Shown here in pieces: positions 1 to 16,137 of a stretch of 64,000 nt of DNA. Under the pieces are notes generated by a model, which saw only the letters and a list, made by a program, of their open reading frames with translations, did no database searches and was not told the DNA's origin. Every line of letters begins with the position of its first letter. The first letter of the stretch is position 1. Source of the stretch: Eledone cirrhosa (taxonomy: Eukaryota); NCBI GenBank assembly GCA_964016885.1, contig OZ024743.1:239568001-239632000 (forward strand), written 5' to 3'. The position numbers were made by a program, and so were the translations under genes.

Positions 1-162
1 TGTGTAATACTGATGGTCAGAGCAAAAGCTTTAGACGCAGCAGGAAAATAGTCAGCTAAACATTTCCTCAAGTTTGCGGGCCACAAGTGCACAGTTGTCT
101 GCAGAGAGCAGGTTTCCATTATGGTCTTAGTTTCTCCCTTGAATGCATTTATGATTCTTCCC

Positions 163-225
<63 letters not shown>

Positions 226-255
226 CACACACACACACATACATACACATGTACA

Positions 256-291
<36 letters not shown>

Positions 292-947
292 GCGAAGGGT
301 AACCTGGAAGCAGGGCATGCAGTCCAATCGCCATGGCGGAAAGTGGGGCTGTGCAGCATTAACCCCCCCCCCCCCATTCCCTCTAAATGACCCACCCAGT
401 CAAAGCCTCATGTAGTGTTATCTAGTGTGTGTGAGTTATCTTTTTATGTGTCTACGATTTAGCAAGCCTCCAAAATTCTGCTTGCTTCAACCGACGCAAT
501 TGATCAACTCAAGATTCTATAACGCATGCACGCACCCTTCGCCCCCGATATATATATATATATTGTGTGTGCCTGTGAGTGTGTATACATGTGAAATTAT
601 GTGTAATAAAAAGGGAGACCATTATGTGTAATAAAAAGTAGAGTACCATTAGAAAAAGAACCATAGAGCAACATAATACGGAAAGATTAAGTGAGGGTAA
701 AGCAATGTAAAGGAGACGGAGAAAAATAATGGCATTGCTGGTGTTTATGTATACAGTAATAAATAGACATCTCATACATGTGTTGTTGAAGTTATGGATG
801 TAGTTCTTATGATCGTCATGGAAGTTATTGATACAGATAATACAGTGCTGTGTTTGACATTTAAACGCAATGACTGGAATATACATGTCTCACTGAATCT
901 GGTGCATTTATGTATATATATACATATAATGTTCACACATTTTTCAC

Positions 948-1002
<55 letters not shown>

Positions 1003-1113
1003 CTATGTATATATATATATATACATATATATGTATATATACAGGATACATACATACGTATGCATATTAATACGTACACACATATATACATGTACATATA
1101 CACAGACAGACAG

Positions 1114-1720
<607 letters not shown>

Positions 1721-1734
1721 TGTATGTATATATG

Positions 1735-2110
<376 letters not shown>

Positions 2111-2139
2111 CTAATATAGCTTCTCGTTACGATGGCAAC

Positions 2140-3045
2140 GGTCTGTGTGTCGCTGTTGTTGTTGGTGATAGTCCCAATGGGTGTGGGGGTGTAGTGGCGT
2201 TGGTGTTGGTGGGGGAGATAATGGCGGCGATGATTCTGGTGATGGTGTAGGTTGTGTCGTGGTGTTGATGGTGGAGGTAATGATGGTGAAGGTGTGAATT
2301 TTGATGTTGGTCGGCAACGTTTCTGGTGGTGGGGATGTTGGAAATAATGATAGCGATGATGTATATTTTGTTAGTGTGTGTAGGGTGAGTTAAGCCAGAG
2401 AACAGTGGTAATACGTTATAATGGTTCGAAGCACTGTAGGGGAGCTATTGTTACTGAAGGCTATAGATGATATTGTTCGGGTTAGTTTTGTTGTTTTTGT
2501 AATGGTGCTTGTGGTGGACATAATGATGGAGGTGCGTGCTGTTGTTGGTGGTGTTCTTAATAGTGTTGGTTGTTGTGGTGGATGTGGTGGTGGCGGTGAT
2601 AATGGCGGTTGTTGTTGTTGTGGTGGTGGTGGTGGTTTTGGTGATGATGATGGTTGTGGTGGTGGTGGTGGTGGTGGTGGTGGTGCTGATGATGGGGTGG
2701 TGGTGGTGGTGGTGTTGGCGGCGGCGACGTTGGTGGCGGTTGTTATGGTGGTGGTGGTGAGGATGATGGTGGTGGTGGTTGTTGTTGTGGTGGAGGTGAT
2801 GATGATAATGGTTGTGGTGGTTGTAGTGGTGGTAATGATGGTCGTTGAGCTGATGGCAGGGATAATGATAGTAGTGGGCTGAGGATTGTGGCTATGGTGT
2901 TGCCGATAATAAGTGAAATAATATTGATGGTGATATTGATATCATTATCATATACAATAATAACAACAACAATACCAAGAATAAGAACAGAAACGACTAC
3001 CATGACATCATCATCATCATCATTAGCAGCAGCAGCAACAATAGC
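2140..3045. repeat. (GGT/GTT/GAT)n low-complexity trinucleotide region
   Basis: Directly visible; source of the poly-V/G ORFs. Confidence 0.9.
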
Positions 3046-3074
3046 AAATTGACCTCAGTTGCTATCAATGATGA

Positions 3075-3260
3075 ATATTCGTTCATTTGAACTACCTGCT
3101 CATTGAATTAACCAATAAGTGGCTGTGTATTCCTCACATACGTGTAACCCTAACGTAATCTTCAGGCAGAATCAACGAAACATAATGGGTGACAAAGCTG
3201 GATATTTGAATTACAGGTACAATCTACAGACAGGATTCCACACAGTTTCCGTTTACACAA
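3075..3260 (-). mobile_element. Degenerate SINE body (second SINE family; related to 26790-27080 and 38980-39110)
   Basis: Shares the GACAAAGCTGG..TTTGAATTACAGGTACAA motif in reverse complement with AATTCAAAGGGTTAGCCTTG / TTCAAAAGGCCAGCCTTGTCAC. Confidence 0.5.
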
Positions 3261-3296
3261 TTATGTCACTGGGTCTGCGTCATTGTTGTCAGCGTG

Positions 3297-3367
<71 letters not shown>
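3297..3367. repeat. (TAG)n microsatellite
   Basis: Directly visible. Confidence 0.95.
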
Positions 3368-3368
<1 letters not shown>

Positions 3369-3418
3369 AAATCTACTGTACGATGGAACCAAAAAGGTTG
3401 GTGTCAATATATATATAG

Positions 3419-3531
3419 GTCTTTTAAAAGGTATATTTAGCACTATATAATCTAGTGTAGAATTTCACATCTTTATACGAAGTGAAATTCTACACTAGAT
3501 TTGTTGGTCCTAAATATACCTTTTAAAAGAC
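3419..3531. repeat. Short fold-back inverted repeat next to (TA)n
   Basis: GTCTTTTAAAAGGTATATTTAG/CTAAATATACCTTTTAAAAGAC and AATCTAGTGTAGAATTTCAC/GTGAAATTCTACACTAGATT. Confidence 0.85.
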
Positions 3532-4676
3532 GTGTTGGTAACGACTGAAATGTTTATAATCGAAGGTGTGCTTTGCTAAATTAAACCTGACCTGAAACTA
3601 AATCAAAAACCGTAACAACAAAAAAAATCATCGTCACTATCCTCATCACCATCAACAATTTTAGAAAATGTCGGCCAGTAAAGCAATTGAATGAACTTCA
3701 GTTATTGAAGATATGCATCAATGTAAAGAATAAGTACCATAATATAACTGTATTTTCCAGTTTAAAGGTCCATTATGAGAATACGGCCATTCAAAACAAG
3801 CACTCTTGGAACCTTTAAACGATTTATTGGATGGTGCCGTTTTTTTTATCCACACTTACGTTCCTTTCCAAATGGAACTTGAAGGAACTAATGAAAGCTT
3901 GTCCGAAGAGGAAAGAGTCAGTCTTCATTTTCTTTCGCCATGGTCACCACCCAATGTCTTTCACCATACAGATCAGACAGAGAAACAGTCTGTCTTTTCC
4001 GGCCAGAAAAAAATGATTGGGTACCCTTCACGAAGATTCGGTAGCTATGAGATGCCTCACACGCGACAAACAGCTGTCCGACAATTTCACAACTCAGTAA
4101 TGGTCGGACACAAAGTGCGTGCTGGTTGTTATTTCAATGTCGGTAAATTATAATTGATATAATGTTAGACATTATTTGGATGGAGTAGTATGGTAATTGT
4201 GGTCAATGTGTTTGTGGCGGCCATTTAGATGAATATTATGATTGACTTAGTGGGAGATTTGACAGAGAGGGAAGTAGAGTAGACTAAGTGTTGATGGATT
4301 GAGAGTAGAGTAAGCAAGATAAGTAATTTGCCGTATACATGCATGAATACATACAAATGAATATATATGTATACACACATGCAACAACACAGAATGTGTT
4401 GTTGCATGTGTGTACATAAAAAGACATATAAACAAATATACAAGAATATCGGATACTCTGGCTTAAGAAACTGAGGAAACGATTAATCAATGAATCCCAA
4501 TACATTCTTACAATGCAATGTTGATATATTTATTCAGAAAGGCACCTGAGGGTACTCTAAGTTGTAAACATTACACATGTCTTTGGAATACTCAACTGCT
4601 GAAACGTTAATATACACGCTGACCATTCAGTTGAGTGAACAACTAGATATTCAGTCCCGACACCGACTAAGAATCC

Positions 4677-4785
<109 letters not shown>

Positions 4786-4797
4786 GTGTGTGTGTGT

Positions 4798-5344
<547 letters not shown>

Positions 5345-5494
5345 AATATAGATCTCACAACATTATATATATATATAATGATGAATTTGTTTATATAAGG
5401 AACTTGTTCTTTGTTTTTATTTCATTGTTTTTATTAATTTATATATATATATATATATAGGGAATGTAATTATTATTAGTATATATATCAGGTT

Positions 5495-5681
5495 GGTGGA
5501 TTGGCAGTATCGGTAGAGGGTCGGACGCCATGCTTTGCAGCAAAGAGTTACGGCCCTTTGTGGTGTTAGTTCAAATACCGCCGGGGTTAACTTTGCCTTA
5601 CATCCTTACGGGGTCGATAAAATAATGTACCAGTAATACACTTGAATAATTGCTGGCCTTGTGCCAAAAGTAAAAAACAAT
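5495..5681 (+). mobile_element. tRNA-derived SINE, main family, near full length
   Basis: A-box-like TGGCAGTATCGG, B-box GTTCAAAT, central CCTT(T)CATCCTTACGGGGTCGATAAAATAA(A)GTACCAGT; over a dozen copies in the window. Confidence 0.85.
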
Positions 5682-6357
5682 CCTTATATATATATATATA
5701 TAGGGGTTGTAACTATTATCATATATATATATACACATGGTCGTGGTTACTAAGGAAAGAAAAGAGCATTCAGTACAGAACATACAAATTGGGTATTTAT
5801 ATTGATAAAGCGAATAGCGATTTTAATGCCTGAATAGCCACAGGCGTGATGAAAGCAGACGAATATAAATGTTGTAACTCCTTATTAATAGCTTTCCATT
5901 CGATCATTTCTATATTGTACAATGTAGGACAAACGCATTCGTCTCAATATATATTCAGTAAACGATCACATCTGTCCAGTGTGGTCTAATGCGGCGTTTG
6001 TTCCACTGAATATATTTTAAGACAACAGTGATTGTTTTCGTTAAGACATGGACGTAACGGAGAAGTAACAAAATTCTCAGCCTAATCCCTTGATCATCCT
6101 CAACTAATCAAACTATATCTTAAATAGTATGCCAGTTCTCTATTGTCCATCATGTGTGTGATATATGTATAAGTGTGAATCGTTTAATATAAGCGCTTAG
6201 ATAATCTGGCTCAAAAATGCAACCACACAATCATATGGGAAAATGTATGTGTGTATTTATTTTTGTCCCATGAAAGATGAAGGTATAATTTTTTTAGAAT
6301 GATAGATAAACGGATAGGCATCTGTATCGTGTGTTTGTGTTCATATATATATATATA

Positions 6358-7227
6358 CAATTACATTCAGAAGGACTCATGCCACCCTCCCACTATTTTT
6401 AGAAACTTCGTTATCAGTACTAGAATCTCTAACCTCTCCTCTAATGAGGCTATCTTTGACAGAGCGGCACCCTACTATAACACGGAGTTAGCTAACAGCG
6501 GCTTCTCGCAACCAATCACTTACTCTCCCACTAACAACAACAGCAATAAGAAAAGAAATCGTAACAATAGACAAACTATCTGGTTCTCTCGTCCCTTTTC
6601 ACTCAACGTTAAAACTAATGCAGGAAAAACATTTTTAGGCCTCTTAGATAGACACTTTCTCATAGGTCACAAATACTGCTCCATCTTTAACAGATACAGA
6701 GTAAAACTAGGGTACTCCTGCGCTAAGAATATAAAGGCCCACATCACCAACAGCCCTAAGAGCAGCACCCCACGAGGGTGCTCTTACCGAAAGCCTGAAG
6801 CTTGTCCCCTTCAACAGCAATGCAACACACACGCTGTAGTTTATGGAGCTGTGGTTACCTCCAACCGACCAAATCAACCACAAGAGGTCAAATCCTATGT
6901 GGGCATGGTGGAGGGCCGATTTAAGGAACGCTTCCTGAACCATCAGTCGACCTTTAGGTACCCGGACAAACGATCATCCACGAAACTCGCGAGCCACGTA
7001 TGGTCCCTCAAGGACTCAAGTATAGACTACTCCATTCAATGGAAAGCCATCACTAAGTCCAAGCCATACACAAGGGGTAATCCGCCTTGTGGACTGTGTA
7101 TTGATGAACGGATAAATATTCTAAGGAGATTATGTAATAACGATTGCCTAAACTCAAGAATGAAATTTTCACGCGTTGTCCACGTGTCTGGAAACACCTC
7201 TTACATAACTACAAAGCTCCGGATTAA
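6358..7227 (+). pseudogene. 5'-truncated Penelope-like element ORF: RT thumb end plus GIY-YIG endonuclease (resembles the Hydra-type C-terminal EN clade)
   Basis: SCHPP..RISNLSSNEAIF..YYNTELANSGF..IWFSRPFS.NVKTN.GK.FL; VVY..SYVG..FKERF.NH; CGLC..E; LNSR then a 1-nt frameshift to NEIFTRCPRVWKH..PD*. Starts directly after (TA)n. Confidence 0.9.
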
Positions 7228-7437
7228 ATAACAACAACATTCCTATTTCTTATCAACTCGAACTACTTTTCGGACTTTCACAGTTAACTCCCTTACACCC
7301 TTCGCCCGTGGCGTTGTCTCGCTTGGGTGAAGTGACCGTTTCTGCGCATGCGATTATTATTCCTATTCCGTATAACCATGACCAGTCGATGACTATTCCG
7401 TATAACCATGTCTATTCCGTATAACCATGACCAGTCC

Positions 7438-7473
7438 GAGCTGAAGATCTGCTAAGGTGAAACAATTGTTCTC
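7438..7473 (+). ncRNA. Minimal type I HHR in the 3' UTR of the PLE, followed by a 34-nt tail and (TA)n
   Basis: GAG-CTGAAGA-TCTGCTAAGGT-GAAA-CAATTGT-T-CTC; palindromic stem III ACAATTGT. Confidence 0.75.
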
Positions 7474-7521
7474 AGTATGGCGAACTAACTGTTGCGTTAC
7501 CACTTCTATATATATATATAA

Positions 7522-7944
7522 GCAAAAGGGATATTTAATTTGTTGGTAATTCAACAAATATATATATTTATAACTGATTCGATGCACTCGACAAGTCTTC
7601 TGGAGTATAATATCAATGATATTAATAAATGGAAACCATATTTATAAAACCATATTTATTCTATTATATATATTTCAATGGTACCAAAATTTGGTACGCC
7701 CTCATCAAATAAAATACAAAGTTTGTTTTGTAAATATTGACATATCCAGGAAGGAGATCTTAACTGTTCAAGTTTTTCCAGGAAAACTTGAACCGTTAAG
7801 ATCTCCTTCCTGGATATGTCAATAATTATAAAACAAACTTTGTATTTTATCTAATGAGGGCGTACCAAAATGTTGGTACCCTTGAAATATATATAATAGA
7901 ATAAATATGGTTTTATAAATATGGTTTCCATTTATTAATATCAT

Positions 7945-7950
<6 letters not shown>
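7522..7950. mobile_element. Family A head-to-head palindrome (arms 7610-7779 / 7781-7950) with an HHR in each arm
   Basis: HHRs at 7658-7715(-) with core TTGATGA and 7844-7902(+) with core CTAATGA; each has a different single core mutation, so the consensus is CTGATGA. Confidence 0.85.
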
Positions 7951-8011
<61 letters not shown>

Positions 8012-8586
8012 TACATAAGTCCAAAATTAACACGCAGGACAAACGATGGGTATACAAAAGTTGGAGAATACAGACACGTGGAGATTTCCCGATTAGCAGC
8101 TCTCTATTGAATGTATTTGTTCGTTATTGGAACATTAATTATTTGGTATTGTTTCATTAATTAAGTTTCAGATTCATCATGTATGATTTGGATTCATTAC
8201 GATCTACGGAATACACCTTCGTGTAATGCCAAGTGGTGCTATTAAGTTAGACATGGCCTGGGCCAATACTGGCCGAAATCAATCAGTTATCAACGTTATC
8301 AAAGTAACGAAACTTATGAAATACAATTTCACTTTCTTTTAATTAATAAAGAAATTTAGCAAATTACAAAACGTGCAATACAAAACACATTTTTATCTGT
8401 TAATTAATAAATATTTCTAACCACGTAAATTTGATAAAAAAAATCACAATTCAGGACAGATTCTCATCTCTATACTATTCATATGTTATAACAATATATT
8501 ATCGAGCTTATAGCTGGACTGCTAACGTCATGTTCCATTCTATAGCGAGTATATAAAATATAAACATTGTAATATTATTCTTTAAT

Positions 8587-8663
8587 TCCTGTCTGATGAC
8601 AACACATCAAATGATTATTATAAAAAGAATCACTTTGGTGCCATTGAAATGTGCATAACAGGA
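8587..8663 (+). ncRNA. Type I hammerhead ribozyme
   Basis: TCCTGT-CTGATGA-(imperfect stem II)-GAAA-TGTGCAT-A-ACAGGA; 6-bp stem I. Confidence 0.75.
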
Positions 8664-8837
8664 TGATATAATAAACAGAGAGTGTATACATAATGCCCAA
8701 TCCCTTCTTTTTTTTTATAAAACTGAGACTCCTTCTTACACTTTATGGGTAATACCTTGAGCGATCCACATCGTTGGGGGGCTTACGTCTGTTTACACTA
8801 CGGTCGATTGCTTGATCAACAAACGATTTTTACTTGG

Positions 8838-8910
<73 letters not shown>

Positions 8911-8959
8911 AAGGGCAATATATCTGCGTGTCTGGGCACATTGATATATTTGTCAACGA

Positions 8960-8996
<37 letters not shown>

Positions 8997-9025
8997 TAAA
9001 TTAGCGAGAATCGTATTTCGGCGTA

Positions 9026-9076
<51 letters not shown>

Positions 9077-9816
9077 ATATATATATACATATACATATAT
9101 CATATGAGAAATGGAGTGATCATGTGCTGAGTTGCAATAAAATACCTTATGAAATAGGGTAAATACCCTTAGAGGCGGCGGAAAAGGATGTTGACATTGG
9201 TAGCTATATATAGAATTTCTCCGTGTTTGGGTGAGATTCAGAAATAGATTAAGAATATTTATAATTTTTTTCGATTTCCATGCTTACGGGTTGAAAAATG
9301 TTCAGATAAAACTTATGAACGCAGTTATCAACGATAAAACAAATACCAATTATATAATAGGCACTCCTCAGCCATTTTACTGATGTCCTCTACTCTCTCA
9401 ATTCCCCTCTTCGCTTAATCAATTGATCAGTTGCTCCTTTTGTCTGACTATCAAATCAATATTTAGATTGCGTTAAAGAAAACAACAACAGCAAATTACA
9501 TGCAGTCGAAAATAACATTTGTTGCTGGATAAATATGTTTTAATGAATGTCGTTTAGTGTATGAGGAGCGAGGAAGACGGAAGAAGGGGAGTTAATTCAT
9601 AAATGTCAAACTCTTTGTTTGATGAATGAAAGTATATTACCATAAAAGAAGTAATCAATGGTTTGCTGTGGTGTGTGTGTTCTCTATTTTATGGATATTT
9701 TAAATTATATTTGTTTGTGCATGTATACACAAATATATATACATACATTTATATATATATATGTTTGCATACACACGCCCACGCACACACACACCTATAT
9801 ATATATAGCTATATAT

Positions 9817-9893
<77 letters not shown>

Positions 9894-9932
9894 TATGTAT
9901 GTATGTATATGTATATGTATATGTATGTATAT

Positions 9933-10397
9933 GTCGGGTCACTCTTGAGTGCTACTGGTAACTTGTAATCGAGTACAAACTATCGCATGGTCGGGTCTTC
10001 GGCGACTAAACTAGCAACCCTACCAAGTTTACTTGTTGAGGAGGGTGATTTTGGACACCCTGCGGGACAAAAAACAAAACCTGACAAAGGACGGAAGAAC
10101 TCATAAGAGTCAACGGCCATTCAAAAGTGTGTAAATATGTATATACACATGTACCACGCGGTTAAACCACTGGGAGTGAAGGACCCCTAGCCTTTGTCAG
10201 GGCATTCTTCTAGGAGAAGGCAACTCAGGAAACTGGGATAACTCCGATATAAAACCTGCGGCTCAGCAGTTACCGATCATGTTGATCTTTTCTTCCTTTC
10301 TGGTTATAGCTACTGTCGCTCAGAGTGTGGCATTGGCTCAGTGCACAGTCTTTCCTCACTTTAAAAAATATCTTCACGCACAGGCATTGCACGATAG
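9933..10397 (+). mobile_element. Possible RTE-clade LINE 5' UTR remnant
   Basis: GC-richer non-coding segment containing CTAGGAGAAGGCAACTC, reminiscent of RTE 5' UTRs (recalled, not verified). Confidence 0.35.
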
Positions 10398-10417
10398 AAT
10401 TAATTAATAATTATTAA

Positions 10418-10582
10418 TAATTGTTTCTACTTTAGGCACAAGGCCAGCAATTACCCAGTACATTACTGGTACTTTATTTTATCGACCCCGTAAGGATGAA
10501 AGGCAAAGTTAACCTCGGCGCGATTTGAACTCAGTCCGTAAAGGGACGTAACTGAGCTGCAAAGCATGCCGTCCGACCCTCT
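10418..10582 (-). mobile_element. SINE, main family
   Basis: Reverse complement of the 5495-5681 consensus. Confidence 0.85.
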
Positions 10583-10924
10583 AATAATGGTATATCGTGC
10601 AATGGCCATACTCTATAACGAGGGGACAGCCATCATATATATATATGTGTGGGGGGGCGGGGTAGTTATAGATCTTTTCATAGTATGAGAGATTGTGTAA
10701 ATAAGTGAAGTTAATAAGAATAGACAAACAGCAGCCGTCGCAGAGGGTGAGAGGAAGTAAGAAAGGGTATAGTGGAAATCGTAATTGTGAGATGTTATTT
10801 TCTTGCCTCTCATGATACCATTTATTCTTCTAGGTCAGTAAAATAAGTACTAGTCTTGTATTAGTCTATATAATCGACTGTTCAATGCAAAAAACATTTT
10901 CGCCTTCGTGCTTTTGTAAGAAAT

Positions 10925-11145
10925 AATGGGTTCTTATATAGGCACAAGGCCAGCAATTTTGAGAGGAGGGCAAAGTCGATTAAATCGACCCCAGTGCGTG
11001 ACTGGTACTTTATTATTTCGACCCTGTAAGGATGAAAGGCACATTTAACCTCGGCTGGATTTGAATTCAGATCATAAAGGGCCATAACTCAATGCTGCAA
11101 AGCATGGTGTCCGACCCTCTGCCGATACTGCCAATCCATTGCCCT
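10925..11145 (-). mobile_element. SINE, main family, longer tail variant
   Basis: Same core plus an extra GAGAGGAGGGCAAAGTCGATTAAATCGACC segment, also seen in reverse at 37605-37640. Confidence 0.85.
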
Positions 11146-12349
11146 GCTTTTGTAACAAATAATAAAATAGGCAATCTTAAGAAAATTGAATTAATGTGAT
11201 TTCAAATATAAATGTAAATGTAAGATAAAAGACGCAAGTGTTAGTATTAAGTGACTAAGTCAAATTATAGAATATATCAGAACGTAAACAAAAAATTTAC
11301 ATCGACTGTGAATGAAGCACCTAAATAAGATGAAGAGTAGAAAAATAAATAGGGAAGTAGAAAGAAATATCAGAGACTGGGGCATTGAGAAAGAGTGGTG
11401 TAAATGTAAGAAAGAATGGTATTAATATGACGGATAGAGTGACAATAGAAGGTAGAATAGTAAAACATTGATGCATGACTGTAGTGATAGCGAAAAAGCA
11501 GGTGATAGCTAAAGAGAAAAGAAAGTGTCCGATAACATACTAAAAAAAAAAAAAGATGAATAGCAACAGAGAATGAGATCTTATGTTGGAAGTTAGGGTT
11601 GAAGTATTATGGGAGCAGTGGATGGGTTATGCATTCGCACAAACACACACACACTGCATGTATGTATGTGATGGCTTTATATCTATATGTGCGTGTAAAT
11701 GTGCATTCGTATAATACAGACAGAAATATATGTACATAAATATATTTACTATTTGATAGAAGTTATAGTTAACTGCGGGAGCAATAGACTACAGTTAATA
11801 GAGCGTTATATGCTACAGGAAATTAGTACTCTTATTTTGTGCGTATGTACATTTGTATGTATGTATGTATGTATGTATGTATGTATGTATGTATGTATGT
11901 ATGTATGTATTTACGGACGTATATATGCAAATTTATATATTTATATATTTATATGTGTGTATGTGTATATATGTTTATGTATATGTATGTATATGTATAT
12001 GTGTGTGTGTATATATATATGTATATATACACATATATATATGTATATATATGTTTATGCATATATATATGCATGTGCATACATATATATATATATATAT
12101 GTGTGTATGTGTTATGTATATATTTATATATGTCTCTATGTATGTATATATGTATATATGTTTGTGTTGTGTATGAATATATGTGTATACGTATAAATAA
12201 TTTATTTACATGTTTATATGAATTTAAATAATTGTTTATAGTAAATATTTTGTGTAATGTATGTTACATAGTTGGACAGGAATTTCATAACAATATACTT
12301 TTTTCTATCATTTTTTATATTAATTAAAATTTTTTTTTTCTGTCGTCTA

Positions 12350-12640
12350 TGCTTTCAAAACAGTCGCAACAACACTGAAAACTATACCAACTATGTTACT
12401 GAAACATACAGCTTGTCACTTTCAAAACAACAACGGGATAAACAACAGACTACACTAACTAGGTAACTAAAGCTATCACCTTCAAAATAACAACAGCAAC
12501 ATTTTTTAAATATAACAGCTTCTTGACAAAAACGTACAACTTTTTTTGCTTTCAAGACAACAGCAACAACAATTTGAAAAATACACCAACTTTGTGACTT
12601 AAAGTTATTTTCACTTTCAAAACAACAGTAGCAGCACCAC

Positions 12641-12691
<51 letters not shown>

Positions 12692-12760
12692 ATGTGACTG
12701 AATTTAATTTTCACTTTTAATACAACTACAGCAAGAAAAATACTTTTTTTTAAATACACA
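12350..12760. repeat. Degenerate 60-70-bp tandem repeat (CACTTTCAAAACAACAGCAAC...)
   Basis: About 6 recurrences of (T)CACTTTCAAAACAAC-like words at roughly 60-100 bp spacing. Confidence 0.55.
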
Positions 12761-13296
12761 CCAGATGATTCAATGAAACGTACACCTTGCACAACATCGC
12801 ATTCCATCAACAATGCAAACTCACTCAAAATCACTCCCTGTTACAGTATATATAGCGTGGAATATATTGCTATTCTAGATGTTGGCTGGTGGGTTGATAG
12901 TTTGTTGTTGTTTAGCAAGCGTTTAACCCCCGGTCGAGCCTGACCCTCTCATCTATAATTAAAAGCGTTCAAAACATGATAACGCCACTTATCCTTTTCT
13001 TTCTGTTTTGATTAATTTTCTTCGATTTGTAGGACAGTGTGTTGTGTGCGTGCGGGTGTGTGTGTGTGTGCGTATGTGAAGTGTGTGTATGCATGTGTGT
13101 GGGGGGGAGGTACATTTTACTAATATCTGGTACGTTGAACTGAGTAGCCAGTTACAATTGGGGCGGGGGGGAGGGGCACAGTATCATACATTTGTATGCG
13201 CACGCGCATATCCGTGTATTAGAATGATGTATGTGTATATGTCAGGAAGTGTAGGTAAAGTGAAAGTGAAACTTATAAATTGTTTCAATGTACATA

Positions 13297-13355
<59 letters not shown>

Positions 13356-14322
13356 TGTGCACGTATGTGTGTGTCTGTATGTGTTTACATTTTAATACCT
13401 ATTTGGCATAATGTATATCATTTAGGATTTGAATATAATGTCTAATATATACAACTACTCTAATAACTTTTCACATTCCTCCATTCTTTCTTTGTTTCTT
13501 TCTATCTTTCGTTCTTTCGTTCTTTCTTTCTTCCCTTCTGCTTTTGCTTCTTTCTTTCTCTTCGTTTTTTCTTTTTCTCTTTTTTTTTGGCGTTTAATCA
13601 ATAAGTACAAATCAATATGCTAAGATACCTACCGATGGTGTTGTTGACATACATCGCATTCGATCCGAGTTTCTATAAGATGACGTGTATGGATGGTGGC
13701 TTGTGCTGAACGACGGCGATTGTTGAGACTGGGTTGTAAAATGAGAGAAATTCGGTTGAAAGATAACAGGACCCTGATATTGCTGCGTTGTTGTTCTTAT
13801 GCTATTCATAACTGTGTCTATGTGGTGTGGTGCGGTGTGATGTGATGTCGTATTGTGCAGTGTAATGTGTGATGTTGATTTGTGATGCGATGTGGTGGCT
13901 TATTGTATTGTTGTGATGTGTTGTGGTGTTGTTGTGTTATGATGTGGTGGTGTTGTGGTGTTGTGAGCGGCGGTGTAGGGATGTACTAGGGTGTAGTATT
14001 GTGTAGTTATCAGGTTAGCCATGATTGAGCAAACTCGTGGTATATCAGCCGTGACCACCCGCGATGTTTCTTAATTCGAGAAATCAACTTTTGTTTAAGG
14101 GAATTTCGTTGTTAGTTCTAGCATGTTAAATGAATACATAAATGCACTATTGTTATGATGTGGTGCATTACAGTATGAAGTATTACTGTGTATGTCAATG
14201 TGGCGTTGTTTGTTACACTGTGTTATCTATTTTATTTTAGTGAGGTGAAGTTTTGATAGTGATGTGATGTGGTGTAATATTGTGGGTTTCTGTTGTACAG
14301 TGGTATAATCCGAACAGATTAT

Positions 14323-14374
<52 letters not shown>

Positions 14375-14625
14375 GAAATACATGTATATTATTTAAATAT
14401 GTGTGTGTGCATGTGCATATATATATATATATATGTATACATATATAATGCATATACATACACGTGTGTGTTCTTGTATCAGAGCTATGTACGTTTTTGA
14501 GCATGTGTGTGCGTGTGTGTGTTGCTATGAACTGTAAATACGTATATAGAATGGACAGTCAGTTTGTCCAGTGACATAACTGTTTGTACATATACATATG
14601 CATATGAATTTATATATTTATATAT

Positions 14626-14781
<156 letters not shown>

Positions 14782-15905
14782 GGAACGGCAACAAAACAGA
14801 GAGGCAGTACGAACAAAGGTTTATTAGTTTCACGCTCTTGAGAGTGGGGGGGGACGTTTCGGGGATAAGTCCTTCTTCAGGCGAAAAGTGGGTGGGAAGA
14901 GAGTTCCGAGGGTGTGTAGGGGAGTGGAGAAGAGACATTTAGAAAAATGGGGGGTGGAAAGGGAGGAAAAACGGTGTAAGGGGTACAAATAAAAATTAAA
15001 AATAAAAAAAATATGAAGATAAACAAGTGGTGGAAGGGTGTGGGGGCGTATAGGAGTGGGGGCGGGTGGCGTGGGGAGAGGGAGGCGGGGTGTCCAAGCG
15101 GGGAGGGTAGAAGGTGGTGTATGTGTGTAGGTGTACGTGTGTATGTGCGTGTGTGTGTATGTGAATGTGAGAGTTGGGGGAAGAATGAGGTTCCATGTTC
15201 AGTAAAAGGTGTGAGGGTGGGGTGGGGTGTAGGTCGGGGTGGATGTACGTGTGGGTGGGGAGGGGTCAGAGGGGTTGGGAGGGGGAGAGTATTCCAGAGG
15301 CTATGTGTGTATATATGTGGGGGTATGCACGTGTGTGTGTTGTTTATACGTTTTGTGGATGTAGGTGGCGTGGTTCGAAAAAAAATGTTTGTGAATGTAT
15401 GTCCGTGGGTAAGTTCCTAAGGTAGTTCCGTAGACGGTGTGAAGGGGTGCCGGATATTTTCCTTGTGGTGGAGTAGATAGTGGGAACAATGGCCAATGGT
15501 GTGTAATTCGTGGTTGTGGTAGTCGGAAGAGGGGAGATGTGGGGTGCGCGCGCAACAGGAAGTGGTCAGAGGGTCAAGGCAGGATGAGGGTAGATGAGAA
15601 TGACAGGTGGAGAGGACTGTATGTCTGTGTGTGCGGAGAAGTTGTCAGAGGGTCAAGGCATAGCAGCAGTAGAGGAGAATGAGAGGTGGAGAAAGTCAGC
15701 GTGTCAGTGTGTGCGGAGATGCGGTGGACAGGGGAGAGGATGGGTGGGTGTAAAAGGTGGAGTGGGGAGGGGTTCATGCGGGGGGGATGGCGTGTGTATT
15801 AGTAGAGCTGTTAGTGGGATGTGTGTGTGTGTGTGTGTATGTGTGTGTGAAGGAGTGTGGGTGGAGCGGGGAGAGGGAGAGAAAAGGTGTGGGGGACAGA
15901 ACCAT
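14782..15905 (-). mobile_element. Decayed retroelement 3' region ending in a PLE-type HHR core (14853-14880)
   Basis: Minus strand CTGAAGAAGGACTTATCCCCGAAACGTC, a typical PLE minimal HHR core with stem I not pairing; G-rich on + strand; bounded by (TA)n. Confidence 0.55.
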
Positions 15906-16016
15906 ATGAGAATGTTACATACATACACATATATGTATACACACACACATACACACACATATATATATATATATGTATATATGTATATATATGTATATAT
16001 GTATATATATGTATAT

Positions 16017-16102
<86 letters not shown>

Positions 16103-16103
16103 G

Positions 16104-16137
<34 letters not shown>

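Noticed and set aside
2421-2882. Val/Gly-rich ORF resembling a membrane or glycine-rich protein (also 27461-28130)
   Set aside because: Product of (GGT/GTT)n low-complexity DNA.
3806-4153. 115-aa ORF in unique sequence; donor-like GTAAGT on minus at about 3854
   Set aside because: No recognisable motif in any frame examined; exon status unsupported.
4530-4612. Degenerate HHR-like motif (TATT-CAGAAAG...GAAACGTT-AATA); similar weak cases near 23025-23080 and 33370-33590
   Set aside because: Multiple core mismatches or missing stem I; could be chance.
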